19,637 bases of DNA from an archaeon (GCA_036170245.1 JAVHOV010000013.1:1-19637); one strand, 5' to 3'; counted from the stretch's first letter, positions 8,167-16,489 are shown. A program made the numbers and translations. The notes: a model not told the origin generated them from the letters alone.

Positions 8167-9141
8167 ATGACACACACAGAAGAACTGGAACTACCCTGGG
8201 TAGAGAAATACAGGCCAAAAGGACTCAATGATGTTATTGGACATGATGAAATCACCAACAGATTGAAGAGCTACGTTGAAAAAAGAAACTTGCCAAACAT
8301 GATGTTTTCGGGACCAGCAGGAACTGGAAAAACTTCTTCTTCAATTGCATTAGCAAGAGAAATGTTTGGACCAAACTTTGAACAAAACTTTCTGGAACTA
8401 AATGCCAGTGATGATCGAGGAATTGATGTCGTAAGAAACACAATTAAGGATTTTGCAAGAACTCTTGCATTTGATTCACAATTCAAAATAATTTTCCTTG
8501 ATGAATGTGATGCTTTAACACAAGATGCACAACAGGCACTAAGAAGAACAATGGAAAAATACACTAAAACCTGCAGATTCATTTTATCTTGTAATTATTC
8601 TTCAAAAATTTTGGAACCAATCCAATCTAGATGCGTAATTTACCGTTTCAAGCCGCTTGAAACTAAGGATGTTGAAAAACAAATCGAACATGTTGCAAAA
8701 TTAGAAAAAATTACTGTTGATGATAAAGCAAAAAAAGCAATTTTTTATGTAACTCAAGGAGACTTGAGAAAAGCAATTAATGTACTACAAGCAAGCGCTT
8801 CACTAAACAACACTATTACTGAAGACATTGTCTATTCAGTATCAAGCAAAGCTAGACCCGAACAGGTACAGCAAATGTTGCTACTTGCATTAAGTGGAAA
8901 ATTTATTGATGCAAGAAAAAAACTGGAAGAGTTAATGTATGAACAAGGAATGAGTGGAGAAGATGTAATGATGCAAGTTTTCCGCGAAACAATGAATTTA
9001 CCTGAAAAAGATCTCGCTGAGAAAGACAAAATTGCATTAATTGACACAATAGGAGATTATGATTTTAGAATAGTTGAAGGTGCAAATGAAAGAATACAGC
9101 TTGAAGCACTCCTTGCACAATTCATGAAATACAAAAAATAA
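8167..9141 (+). CDS. rfcS: Replication factor C small subunit (clamp loader)
   Basis: PWVEKYRP, Walker A GPAGTGKT, LELNASDDRG, Walker B IIFLDECD, AQQALRRTME and the SRC motif (IQSRC). ATG at 8167 lies 25 nt after a TTTTTAA TATA box (8135-8141). Confidence 0.97.
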   Translation: MTHTEELELPWVEKYRPKGLNDVIGHDEITNRLKSYVEKRNLPNMMFSGPAGTGKTSSSIALAREMFGPNFEQNFLELNASDDRGIDVVRNTIKDFARTLAFDSQFKIIFLDECDALTQDAQQALRRTMEKYTKTCRFILSCNYSSKILEPIQSRCVIYRFKPLETKDVEKQIEHVAKLEKITVDDKAKKAIFYVTQGDLRKAINVLQASASLNNTITEDIVYSVSSKARPEQVQQMLLLALSGKFIDARKKLEELMYEQGMSGEDVMMQVFRETMNLPEKDLAEKDKIALIDTIGDYDFRIVEGANERIQLEALLAQFMKYKK

Positions 9142-9170
9142 TTTTTTTAATCAAATTTTATTCAAAAATT

Positions 9171-10403
9171 TCAAAACCACTGATTCAATCTAGTTTGGGA
9201 TTTAAACTGCTGAATCAAAAAAGATTTCTTTTTGTACTGATCCATTGGAACTGTGAGTTTCTTTGAGAGAAACTCCAAAGTCAAATCAAGAGTTGAAAAA
9301 GTAAGGGGCTTTTCCTTTAATGCAGCTCGAACATTTTCTCTAATCTGCCAAACTCCCAAAGGAACTGCATAATCTTTGCCAACCTCTCTAAAAACAATTG
9401 CTGAAGCATTTAATTTTTTGTCATACAAATATTCTGTTATCGCTAAGCGAGCTGCAAAATAAGCCCCTTCAGTTTCTTTTGGATATCCAACAAGCCCGCT
9501 ATTCAATTCATAATCAGACATGACATTAAAATCTGTTGCATCTTTAGTCCAAACTCCCCCAGGAAGCCATACTTCAATCTGCTCAAAACTCCAAGGATAG
9601 GGAAGGAGCATTATCCAAAAATCATTATCCAAATACTTTGAATGAAATAACTCAAAAGAATCAATCAATTTATTTTGAGGAAGTTTTTCTTCAATAAAAA
9701 ATTTTGATAAATTAGAATCAACTGCAGTAATACTCCAACGTGTTGGAACAATCTTTCTATGCTTCTTTACCCCTAAAGCTCCGCTAGAAAGAACTTTTGC
9801 TAATTGAGAAACAGGAACCCCTTTTAGAAATAAATCAATTAAAGCAGTATTTGCTTTTGCATCAGTATCAGAATTATAATAATCAATCTCCTTTGGAATG
9901 CTTGGATTTTCTAGTAAATTTATTTTATTTAATTTTGCACTCGGGCCTAAAGGGGCAGTGAAAGAATCAAAAGAAGTTTCCAAAATCGGTTTATTTACTA
10001 AACTCACTTCCATTTCAAAAACATTTGTGCTCATCGCAATTTCCTGAAAACCAATTAACTCATAATTCGGATCGGAGGCTAAAGAAACAGGCATAGTTTT
10101 ATAGGAACGAAGAAGGGATTCTCTAAAAGAAATTATTTTCTCCTGGGGAGTGCCGTACCATTTTTCAGGCAAATCACTAATTGGAGAAATTTCGCTTGGA
10201 AGGGCACTTAATGGAGCAACTGCAACTTTTGGATAATTTTGCCAAGAAACAAAAAAACCTGGGGGGGAAGCTCCAACAAAATCTGTACCCACCATGCTTG
10301 AAACAATCTTTGAACTTGAACTGGATTTTTCAAGAATAGGACATCTACTCAATCCACACAATAATTTTCCTTTGCACTTAATACACAAATCAGGAGAAAT
10401 CAT
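9171..10403 (-). CDS. nreA: Archaeal Nre-family DNA repair protein (PCNA-interacting)
   Basis: N-terminal CIKCKGKLLCGLSRCP, SPPGFFV..NYPKV, VPTRWSITAVD, YFAARLAI.EYL, PLGVWQIRENVR and a C-terminal PIP box QTRLNQWF. Confidence 0.93.
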   Translation of the reverse strand: MISPDLCIKCKGKLLCGLSRCPILEKSSSSSKIVSSMVGTDFVGASPPGFFVSWQNYPKVAVAPLSALPSEISPISDLPEKWYGTPQEKIISFRESLLRSYKTMPVSLASDPNYELIGFQEIAMSTNVFEMEVSLVNKPILETSFDSFTAPLGPSAKLNKINLLENPSIPKEIDYYNSDTDAKANTALIDLFLKGVPVSQLAKVLSSGALGVKKHRKIVPTRWSITAVDSNLSKFFIEEKLPQNKLIDSFELFHSKYLDNDFWIMLLPYPWSFEQIEVWLPGGVWTKDATDFNVMSDYELNSGLVGYPKETEGAYFAARLAITEYLYDKKLNASAIVFREVGKDYAVPLGVWQIRENVRAALKEKPLTFSTLDLTLEFLSKKLTVPMDQYKKKSFLIQQFKSQTRLNQWF

Positions 10404-10531
10404 TTCTTACCACAACAAAAACATCCAACATTTTCTAACAACTTACTAAAAATAGTAGTTGTGCTTCTAACTTAATAAGAATACTCTTGCAAATTATTAA
10501 CTTAAAAAAGTTTTTTTATCCTCTAGAAAGC

Positions 10532-10539
10532 TTTATATT
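10532..10539 (+). promoter_or_regulatory. BRE/TATA promoter (GAAAGC-TTTATATT) for the paired Cys-motif genes
   Basis: Purine-rich BRE followed by a TATA consensus, about 33 nt before the GTG at 10573. Confidence 0.5.
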
Positions 10540-10572
10540 TCGGTGTGCAATTGATAGTTGCAAGGTGGAAAA

Positions 10573-10956
10573 GTGGCTTTTGGAAATATTGTTAAGGATG
10601 TAAAGAAAAATGTGCTTCCACAAAAGAGCACGCCAAGTATTGCACAAAATGACATGACTGGCGCTATCATGGATAACCCTAAACCTAAAGCAGAAAAACA
10701 AGATATTTCTTACAAAGATTCAGAAATACAAGGATTTGTTCCACAACCTAGATCATTTGGTTCAAGACAGAACAGCGACCCTAGATGCGGAAGTATAATC
10801 AAAAACATAGCAAATGCTTCAAGCTCAAGCTCACAAATGGGTGCTGACACTTCTTGGGAAAATTGCAAATTCAGAAAAACAAATTCTGGAAGAGACTTTT
10901 GCGCAGAGTTTCACTCATTATGCGCAAAAACTGGTTGCAGAAGAGCAAGAAGGTAA
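10573..10956 (+). CDS. Hypothetical protein with C-terminal four-Cys motif (paralogue 1)
   Basis: Start reassigned to GTG at 10573 (AAGGTGG RBS; gives MAFGNIV, parallel to MAFNSLI of the next gene). C-terminus WENCKFRKTNSGRDFCAEFHSLCAKTGCRRARR. Confidence 0.8.
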   Translation: MAFGNIVKDVKKNVLPQKSTPSIAQNDMTGAIMDNPKPKAEKQDISYKDSEIQGFVPQPRSFGSRQNSDPRCGSIIKNIANASSSSSQMGADTSWENCKFRKTNSGRDFCAEFHSLCAKTGCRRARR

Positions 10957-10982
10957 AAATTATTTTTATAAGGTGATGAAAA

Positions 10983-11444
10983 ATGGCGTTTAACAGTCTA
11001 ATAGATGACACAAGAAGAATGAATGCAAAAATGATTGCAATGGGACAGAGTATTGATATACAAAAAATACCTAGGCCAAAAGCTGGTTCCCAAATGGCAC
11101 AAAAACAAGCAATGTTTACTCCAAGCGGAAGCGATGTAGAAAAACTGCTTTACCCTAAGAACTTCAAAGCAAGAGTCTATGAAGAAGAAACTCCAAAAGT
11201 AGCGGCTAATGCCCAAATGGTTGAAGAAATACAAGTACAAGCAAAACAACCAGCAAGAATAATCGGAGACGATGATATAACTTACAGCACAAACAAAAAA
11301 CAGCCAACTGAAAGAAAAGAAATGGATCTTTCAGGACCAGCTTGGCAAAGATGCAAACACTACAAACAGCAAGGCGGAAGAGATTTTTGCAAAGAATATT
11401 TAAGCCTCTGCGGAAAAGGAAAATGCTTAAGAGTAAGAGTATAA
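10983..11444 (+). CDS. Hypothetical protein with C-terminal four-Cys motif (paralogue 2)
   Basis: AAGGTGA RBS. C-terminus WQRCKHYKQQGGRDFCKEYLSLCGKGKCLRVRV is homologous to that of the upstream gene. Confidence 0.82.
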   Translation: MAFNSLIDDTRRMNAKMIAMGQSIDIQKIPRPKAGSQMAQKQAMFTPSGSDVEKLLYPKNFKARVYEEETPKVAANAQMVEEIQVQAKQPARIIGDDDITYSTNKKQPTERKEMDLSGPAWQRCKHYKQQGGRDFCKEYLSLCGKGKCLRVRV

Positions 11445-11469
11445 CTAATTAGAACAATTTTTGATGATA

Positions 11470-11504
11470 CTCGTAACATTTTTGTTACGAGCAAACTTTA
11501 AATA
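11470..11504 (+). promoter_or_regulatory. Perfect 9-bp palindrome plus TATA box upstream of the pilus ATPase
   Basis: CTCGTAACA-TTTT-TGTTACGAG (11470-11491), then TTTAAATA (11497-11504), 23 nt before the ATG at 11528. Confidence 0.6.
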
Positions 11505-11527
11505 ACACAAAAACATAAAACTAATGT

Positions 11528-13228
11528 ATGCCAACTGATTATTTAGAAGACATTATAGGCGCTGCAAAAGCAACTACTGCTAAAGAAGAAACTACTCCAA
11601 AAAAGGAAGAAGCTACCAAAGCAAAACCTGAAGACAAGGAAGAACAACTGGCACAAAATGTACAAAAAAAAGATTTTAAGGAATTCAAGCAGACAATGGA
11701 ACATGAAACAGAACAAGAAAGTGAAATGGAAGAAAAAACAGCAATTGAAAAAGAACTTGAACAAAACAAAAAAGTTGAAGTCAAAAGTTATGGAAAAGTA
11801 AAAATCTATAAAGTCCCTGGAAAACCATTAGCATACTATTTTACTCCAACAGTAAGACCTACTGGAGTAGAAAGAAAAATAATCAACACACTAAAAGAAG
11901 CAACTACAAGATTAATTTCAATTATTCCTTACAAAATAAGGAATCCTGAAGAGAGAAGAATAATTTACAAACAAAAAATAATTGAAATAATTAGGAGCAA
12001 CCCAAATTTAAGAATCCCTGAAAGCAGAACAAACTTTTACGCAGAAGCGGTTGTAAGAGAAATGGTAGGGTATGGATTAATTGATGATTTAATCAAGGAT
12101 GACCAGCTAGAAGAAATAATGATTGTTGGACCAAAAAAACCGGTTTATGTATTTCACAGAGAATACGAAATGATGCTGACAAATATCGAATTTTATTCAG
12201 AACAGGAAATTGAGGATCTTGTAAATAAAATTGCAAGAGAAGTTGGAAGAAGAGTGGATGTAGCTGCGCCTCTACTTGATGCAAGACTTGGAGATGGATC
12301 CAGAGTTAATGCAACAATTCCTCCAGCAAGTATCAGCGGAGGAACTATTACTATTAGAAAATTCCGTCAAGACCCTTACTCAATAATTGATTTAATAAAA
12401 ATTGGAACAATGTCAAGCGAAGTTGCAGCATTTTTGTGGCTCTGCGTTGACGGATTTGGAACAAAGCCTGCAAACATATTAATCTCAGGAGGAACAGGAT
12501 CAGGAAAAACAACACTACTAAACGTACTTGCTTCCTTCGTTCCGGATAGAGAAAGAGTAATTACAATTGAAGATACTGCTGAATTAAGTCTGCCAATAAA
12601 ACACTGGATAAGGCTTGAAGCAAGACCACCGGGACTTGAAGGAACCGGAGAACTAAGAATGGATGTACTCACAAAGAACTCGCTGAGAATGAGACCTGAC
12701 AGAATAATTGTAGGAGAAATTAGACACGAAGAAGCATTCACGCTATTCACTGCACTTAACACTGGGCACGATGGATCTCTTGGAACCGTTCACGCAAACA
12801 GTGCGGAAGAAACAATAATTCGTGTAACTTCACCTCCAATGAATGTACCAAGCGTAATGCTTTCAGGACTTGACTTTGTAATAGTTGAACATAGATATTA
12901 TGATAGAAAAAAAGGAACTATCAGAAGAATAAGTGAAATCGCTGAAGTATATGGAGCAATGGAAGGAAAACCACACACAGAAACAATATTTCAGCGTGAC
13001 CCTGTAAGAGATACTTTAGAAAGAACATTAATTGAAAGTAAATACCTAAAAACTCTTCAAAATTTTACAGGATACGGAAGAGAAAGAATAGAAGCTGAAC
13101 TTGTTGCAAGACAAAAGTTTTTAGAAGAAATGAAAGATAAAAATATTAGAGAACTAAGCGAAGTATCCGAACAGGGAAAGAACTTTTTAGAAAACAGAAA
13201 ACTGGCTGGTGAGGAAAATGAAATTTGA
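11528..13228 (+). CDS. Type IV pilus assembly ATPase (CpaF/TadA/VirB11/ArlI family)
   Basis: PLLDARL.DGSRVNAT, TIRKF, Walker A GGTGSGKTT, Asp box TIEDTAEL, LRMRPDRIIVGEIR and His box NTGHDG..GTVHANS; acidic low-complexity N-terminal extension. Confidence 0.95.
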   Translation: MPTDYLEDIIGAAKATTAKEETTPKKEEATKAKPEDKEEQLAQNVQKKDFKEFKQTMEHETEQESEMEEKTAIEKELEQNKKVEVKSYGKVKIYKVPGKPLAYYFTPTVRPTGVERKIINTLKEATTRLISIIPYKIRNPEERRIIYKQKIIEIIRSNPNLRIPESRTNFYAEAVVREMVGYGLIDDLIKDDQLEEIMIVGPKKPVYVFHREYEMMLTNIEFYSEQEIEDLVNKIAREVGRRVDVAAPLLDARLGDGSRVNATIPPASISGGTITIRKFRQDPYSIIDLIKIGTMSSEVAAFLWLCVDGFGTKPANILISGGTGSGKTTLLNVLASFVPDRERVITIEDTAELSLPIKHWIRLEARPPGLEGTGELRMDVLTKNSLRMRPDRIIVGEIRHEEAFTLFTALNTGHDGSLGTVHANSAEETIIRVTSPPMNVPSVMLSGLDFVIVEHRYYDRKKGTIRRISEIAEVYGAMEGKPHTETIFQRDPVRDTLERTLIESKYLKTLQNFTGYGRERIEAELVARQKFLEEMKDKNIRELSEVSEQGKNFLENRKLAGEENEI

Positions 13229-14324
13229 AACAAGCACCAACAAGGAAGAAGTTGACCAAATCGTTGAAACAATGAAACGAAAGTACAGAGCAGAAGGAAT
13301 GGAGTTTGAAGAAGTATCCGGCGGATTAAAAGAGCTAAGAGGAATAATTGCAGAAGATACTTATGCAAAAGCAGATATTGTTAACAAAGATGATTTAGAA
13401 ACATTTAATTCAAAACTTGCACAAGATGTGGGAGGCTTTTACTTAAAAATGAGAAAATGGCTAAACCCAATAAAAGAAGGATTAAAAAAATTCCCGCTAA
13501 GTAACGAAACTGGATACTACCTTTATTCAGCAAACATGAATTATTCTTCAAATCAATACTTGGCACTTGCAAGTGCAGCAGGATTAATAGCACTATTATT
13601 TGGATTCATTGCAGGATTATTTTTGGGAATAATATTTGCAGCGGCTACAAGAAATTATGCCCTTGCAACAATACTCCCTGTAGGACTAGCTCTTTTAGGA
13701 TCTATAGTAACAATGGTAATTATTTTAGATATTCCAAGACAAAAAGCAAATGCTAGAGGAGACGCATGCACTGCAGAACTCCCATTCGCATTAAGACACA
13801 TGGCAACTGAACTAAAAGCAGGCTTAGGATTATACAAAACAATACAAGCAGTAACCGCAGCAAACTATGGAATACTAAGCGAAGAATTTGCAAGAACAAC
13901 AACTGAAATAGAAGAAGGAACAGAAACTAGTGTAGCACTAAAACACTTAGCACTAAGAACACAAAGTAAAGCTCTGAAGAGCGCAATAAATCACATGCTA
14001 AGAGCAATGAGAGTAGGAGGAAACTTATCAGATATTATGAATGAAATCGCTGAAGAAGTTTCAGATGACCTAAAAAACAGAATAAATACATTCTCTCAAA
14101 AAATGAATTTCTTTGCAGTAATATTTATTTTTGTGTGCATTGTACTGCCTACAGCAATATTAATACTTGGAGCAATAAGAAACTCAGCAACAAGCGGAGG
14201 ACAGGAATTATTTAAATCAATCCCATTAACCCCCCAAGTAATGATAATCTTTTACTTAGTAATAATGCCACTAATATTTATCATGTTAAATTATTTTGTT
14301 TATATCTCTCAACCAAAAATGTGA
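13218..14324 (+). CDS. Type IV pilus platform protein (TadC/PilC, T2SSF domain)
   Basis: ELPFALRHMATELKAGLGL, YGILSEEF and GGNLSDIMNEIAEE plus TM segments. ATG at 13218 follows a GGTGAGG RBS and overlaps the ATPase 3' end. Confidence 0.92.
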   Translation: MKFETSTNKEEVDQIVETMKRKYRAEGMEFEEVSGGLKELRGIIAEDTYAKADIVNKDDLETFNSKLAQDVGGFYLKMRKWLNPIKEGLKKFPLSNETGYYLYSANMNYSSNQYLALASAAGLIALLFGFIAGLFLGIIFAAATRNYALATILPVGLALLGSIVTMVIILDIPRQKANARGDACTAELPFALRHMATELKAGLGLYKTIQAVTAANYGILSEEFARTTTEIEEGTETSVALKHLALRTQSKALKSAINHMLRAMRVGGNLSDIMNEIAEEVSDDLKNRINTFSQKMNFFAVIFIFVCIVLPTAILILGAIRNSATSGGQELFKSIPLTPQVMIIFYLVIMPLIFIMLNYFVYISQPKM

Positions 14325-14337
14325 AGCGTGAAAAAAT

Positions 14338-15303
14338 ATGAGCCCACTTGAAGACCCAACTAATAAAATAAAAGCAATACTTTACGTAGCATACAACAAG
14401 CTAACTGAAAATACTATTATTCAAAAATATCAAGGGTGGCTTGAATTTAGCCAAATAAATTATCCTGCCCCCATTTGGCTTGGAGCTTCAGTTGCAATGA
14501 GTCTATTTGCAGCAATAATCGCATTCGCTTTAAGTTCAATACTAATTTCAGAGTTTACCTTAATCCCATTTTCATTTGCACTTGCAACATTAATCTTAAT
14601 GGCAGGATACCCCTACATGAAAAAAGAATCACTAATTGATTCAGTTGAAAAAAACTTTAGTGATGCACTAAAACAAATGGCTGACACACTAAAAGCAGGA
14701 GATACTTATGAAAATGCATTAAGAGAAGTAGTTGAAGCAGATTACGGAAGATTATCTGATGAAATGCAACTTGCATTAAGAAGAATGGAAGATGGAGAAA
14801 ATTTAGACACGGCACTAACAGGATTTGCTAATAGAATAGATTCACTAAGAGTAAAAAGAACAGTAACTATTATTCTTGATTCAATAAAAACAGGTTCATC
14901 TTTATCAGACATCTTAAACGAAATCGCGGATGATTTAAGAGACTACCAAAGATTAAAAGAAGATAGAAAATCAAGCACAACAATGCAATTTCTTTTTTTA
15001 ATAGCAGCAGGAGAATTCATTGCCCCAATAATATTTGGAGAAATCGGATCAGTAATGAGCGGATTCACCGCAATCGGATCAAGAGAAATTAATATGGGTA
15101 CACCCACAGATAATTTCTTAACAACAATAATTCAACTTTACATTATTATAGAAGTAATTGGATCAGGAGTTATGATGGCTTTGATTAGAGAAGGAAAAAT
15201 TAACAAAAGTATTATATACATCCCACTACTATTATTAGTAGCATTTGTTATTTATCACTTGTCAAAAATTATTATTACTGGCGTGGTAATAGGTTCAATG
15301 TAA
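14338..15303 (+). CDS. Second type IV pilus platform protein (TadB/TadC, T2SSF domain)
   Basis: FSDALKQMADTLKAG, YGRLSDEM, GSSLSDILNEIADD and a C-terminal MALIREGK plus TM segments. Confidence 0.92.
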   Translation: MSPLEDPTNKIKAILYVAYNKLTENTIIQKYQGWLEFSQINYPAPIWLGASVAMSLFAAIIAFALSSILISEFTLIPFSFALATLILMAGYPYMKKESLIDSVEKNFSDALKQMADTLKAGDTYENALREVVEADYGRLSDEMQLALRRMEDGENLDTALTGFANRIDSLRVKRTVTIILDSIKTGSSLSDILNEIADDLRDYQRLKEDRKSSTTMQFLFLIAAGEFIAPIIFGEIGSVMSGFTAIGSREINMGTPTDNFLTTIIQLYIIIEVIGSGVMMALIREGKINKSIIYIPLLLLVAFVIYHLSKIIITGVVIGSM

Positions 15304-15316
15304 CGGTTGATTAATT

Positions 15317-15466
15317 ATGATGGAAGAAAAAGCACAAGTAAATTTAGAATACTTACTAATTGTAGTAGCAGGGGTTGCTCTTGTTACAATAGTTGCAATA
15401 TACATTAAAGCAACTGCAAATACTGCTGCAAGCGCTGCAAGGGACCAAGCAGCAAATACTAACTAA
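15317..15466 (+). CDS. Small type IV pilin with class III signal peptide (49 aa)
   Basis: Below the ORF-track cutoff. MMEEKA|QVNLEYLLIVVAGVALVTIVAIYIKATANTAASAARDQAANTN: KA|Q cleavage site, Glu+5 and a hydrophobic helix. Confidence 0.88.
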   Translation: MMEEKAQVNLEYLLIVVAGVALVTIVAIYIKATANTAASAARDQAANTN

Positions 15467-15485
15467 AAAATCCTAAAAAGCAAGG

Positions 15486-15493
15486 TTTAAAAA
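15486..15493 (+). promoter_or_regulatory. Internal TATA box (TTTAAAAA) for the putative major pilin
   Basis: Preceded by purine-rich AAAAAGCAAGG and followed by a strong RBS, AAAGGAGGG (15523-15531). Confidence 0.55.
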
Positions 15494-15538
15494 TAACAAA
15501 AACATAATAAAATCTATAATTTAAAGGAGGGAAACCGC

Positions 15539-15727
15539 ATGGAACAAAAAGCGCAAGGAGCAATAGAATACTTACTAATAATTGGAGCAGCTATTTTGGT
15601 TGTTGCAATAGTAATAATCGCATTATCAGGAGTTTTGACAGGAGCAAAAGCTGACCAAAACGGAATGAGCGATGTTAACACTGCAAAAAACACATTAAAA
15701 GATGATGCAAATTTTCCAACAAACTAG
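15539..15727 (+). CDS. Type IV pilin with class III signal peptide; likely the major pilin
   Basis: MEQKA|QGAIEYLLIIGAAILVVAIVII. It has its own promoter, the strongest RBS in the cluster and a downstream hairpin. Confidence 0.9.
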   Translation: MEQKAQGAIEYLLIIGAAILVVAIVIIALSGVLTGAKADQNGMSDVNTAKNTLKDDANFPTN

Positions 15728-15739
15728 TAAATACTTTTT

Positions 15740-15783
15740 TTGAAAAAGGCCTTTAACTAGGTCTTTTTCAATTCAATTTTTTT
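15740..15783 (+). terminator. Stem-loop plus T-tract after the putative major pilin
   Basis: TTGAAAAAGGCCT-TTAACT-AGGTCTTTTTCAA (15740-15771; 13-bp stem with one G-U), flanked by T runs. Confidence 0.65.
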
Positions 15784-15876
15784 AATTTCGGCTCAAAATA
15801 TTAATCAATTTTTTGAACCTAAAAGGCTTATATACTTGAAATCATAAATTAATAGATTACAAGAAAGGCTAAAATC

Positions 15877-16200
15877 ATGAATTACAAAGGACAAGGATCT
15901 TTAGAATACTTAATGCTTATCGCAGCAGCGGTTGTTGTAGTTGCAATTGTAATTTCATTTATTGCAAGTGCGATTGGTCCTGTGCAAAGTGCAGGAAGCC
16001 AACAGCAATATGATTATTTATGCAACACACTAAATGTCCATAATTTTACTTGTGGTTGTTATTTATGTGATGTTTCACGAAAAGGAGTTAGTGATGCTTC
16101 AGGCAAAATAGAAGTACCTGGCATAGACACTTGTCTTGCACTTGCAAAAAAACTCAATGAACCTCTTCTAAGCGGATGCAATGCGTTAGATTTTAAATAA
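15877..16200 (+). CDS. Minor type IV pilin with Cys-rich head
   Basis: MNYKG|QGSLEYLMLIAAAVVVVAIVI; six Cys in the C-terminal domain; NFT sequon; upstream TATA-like CTTATATA at 15827-15834. Confidence 0.88.
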   Translation: MNYKGQGSLEYLMLIAAAVVVVAIVISFIASAIGPVQSAGSQQQYDYLCNTLNVHNFTCGCYLCDVSRKGVSDASGKIEVPGIDTCLALAKKLNEPLLSGCNALDFK

Positions 16201-16229
16201 AACTTTTATTTTTGAAGTGATTAAATAAA

Positions 16230-16403
16230 ATGGAAGAACGAGCACAAGTATCTTTTGAATACTTATTAACTGCAGCATTTGCAATAATGCTTGCAATATT
16301 TTCAGCAATCCTAGTAGAAACCCTTAGAGGAATAGCCCTAAAAGCACAAGCGGATATACTATCAACAAGAGCAAGAGTAATAGAAACTGTACTATCTAAC
16401 TAA
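16230..16403 (+). CDS. Small type IV pilin with class III signal peptide (57 aa)
   Basis: Below the ORF-track cutoff. MEERA|QVSFEYLLTAAFAIMLAIFSAILVETLRGIALKAQADILSTRARVIETVLSN carries the canonical QxSxE motif. Confidence 0.88.
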   Translation: MEERAQVSFEYLLTAAFAIMLAIFSAILVETLRGIALKAQADILSTRARVIETVLSN

Positions 16404-16489
16404 CAATTAACTTATTTTATTGGTTAATCTAATCCTGCAAAAAACAAAACACTAAGATTAAAAACCAGAGAAACAATTAAATTGAATAC

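Noticed and set aside
5097..9047. Short minus-strand ORFs within the ATP-cone gene and rfcS (5097, 5928, 8252, 8271, 8832)
   Set aside because: Antisense shadows of well-supported genes.
2073..9141. Inteins in topA or rfcS, which are common hosts in archaea
   Set aside because: Both proteins are of normal length with contiguous motifs and no intein or LAGLIDADG signature.
10516..13837. Short minus-strand ORFs opposite the Cys-motif genes, ATPase and platform gene
   Set aside because: Antisense shadows; their F/S-rich composition mirrors the A-rich sense codons.
11528..15303. Archaellum (ArlI/ArlJ) interpretation of the ATPase and platform genes
   Set aside because: No archaellins, ArlH or ArlF/G are present. 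Two platform genes, Gln+1 pilins and an EppA-like peptidase indicate a pilus.
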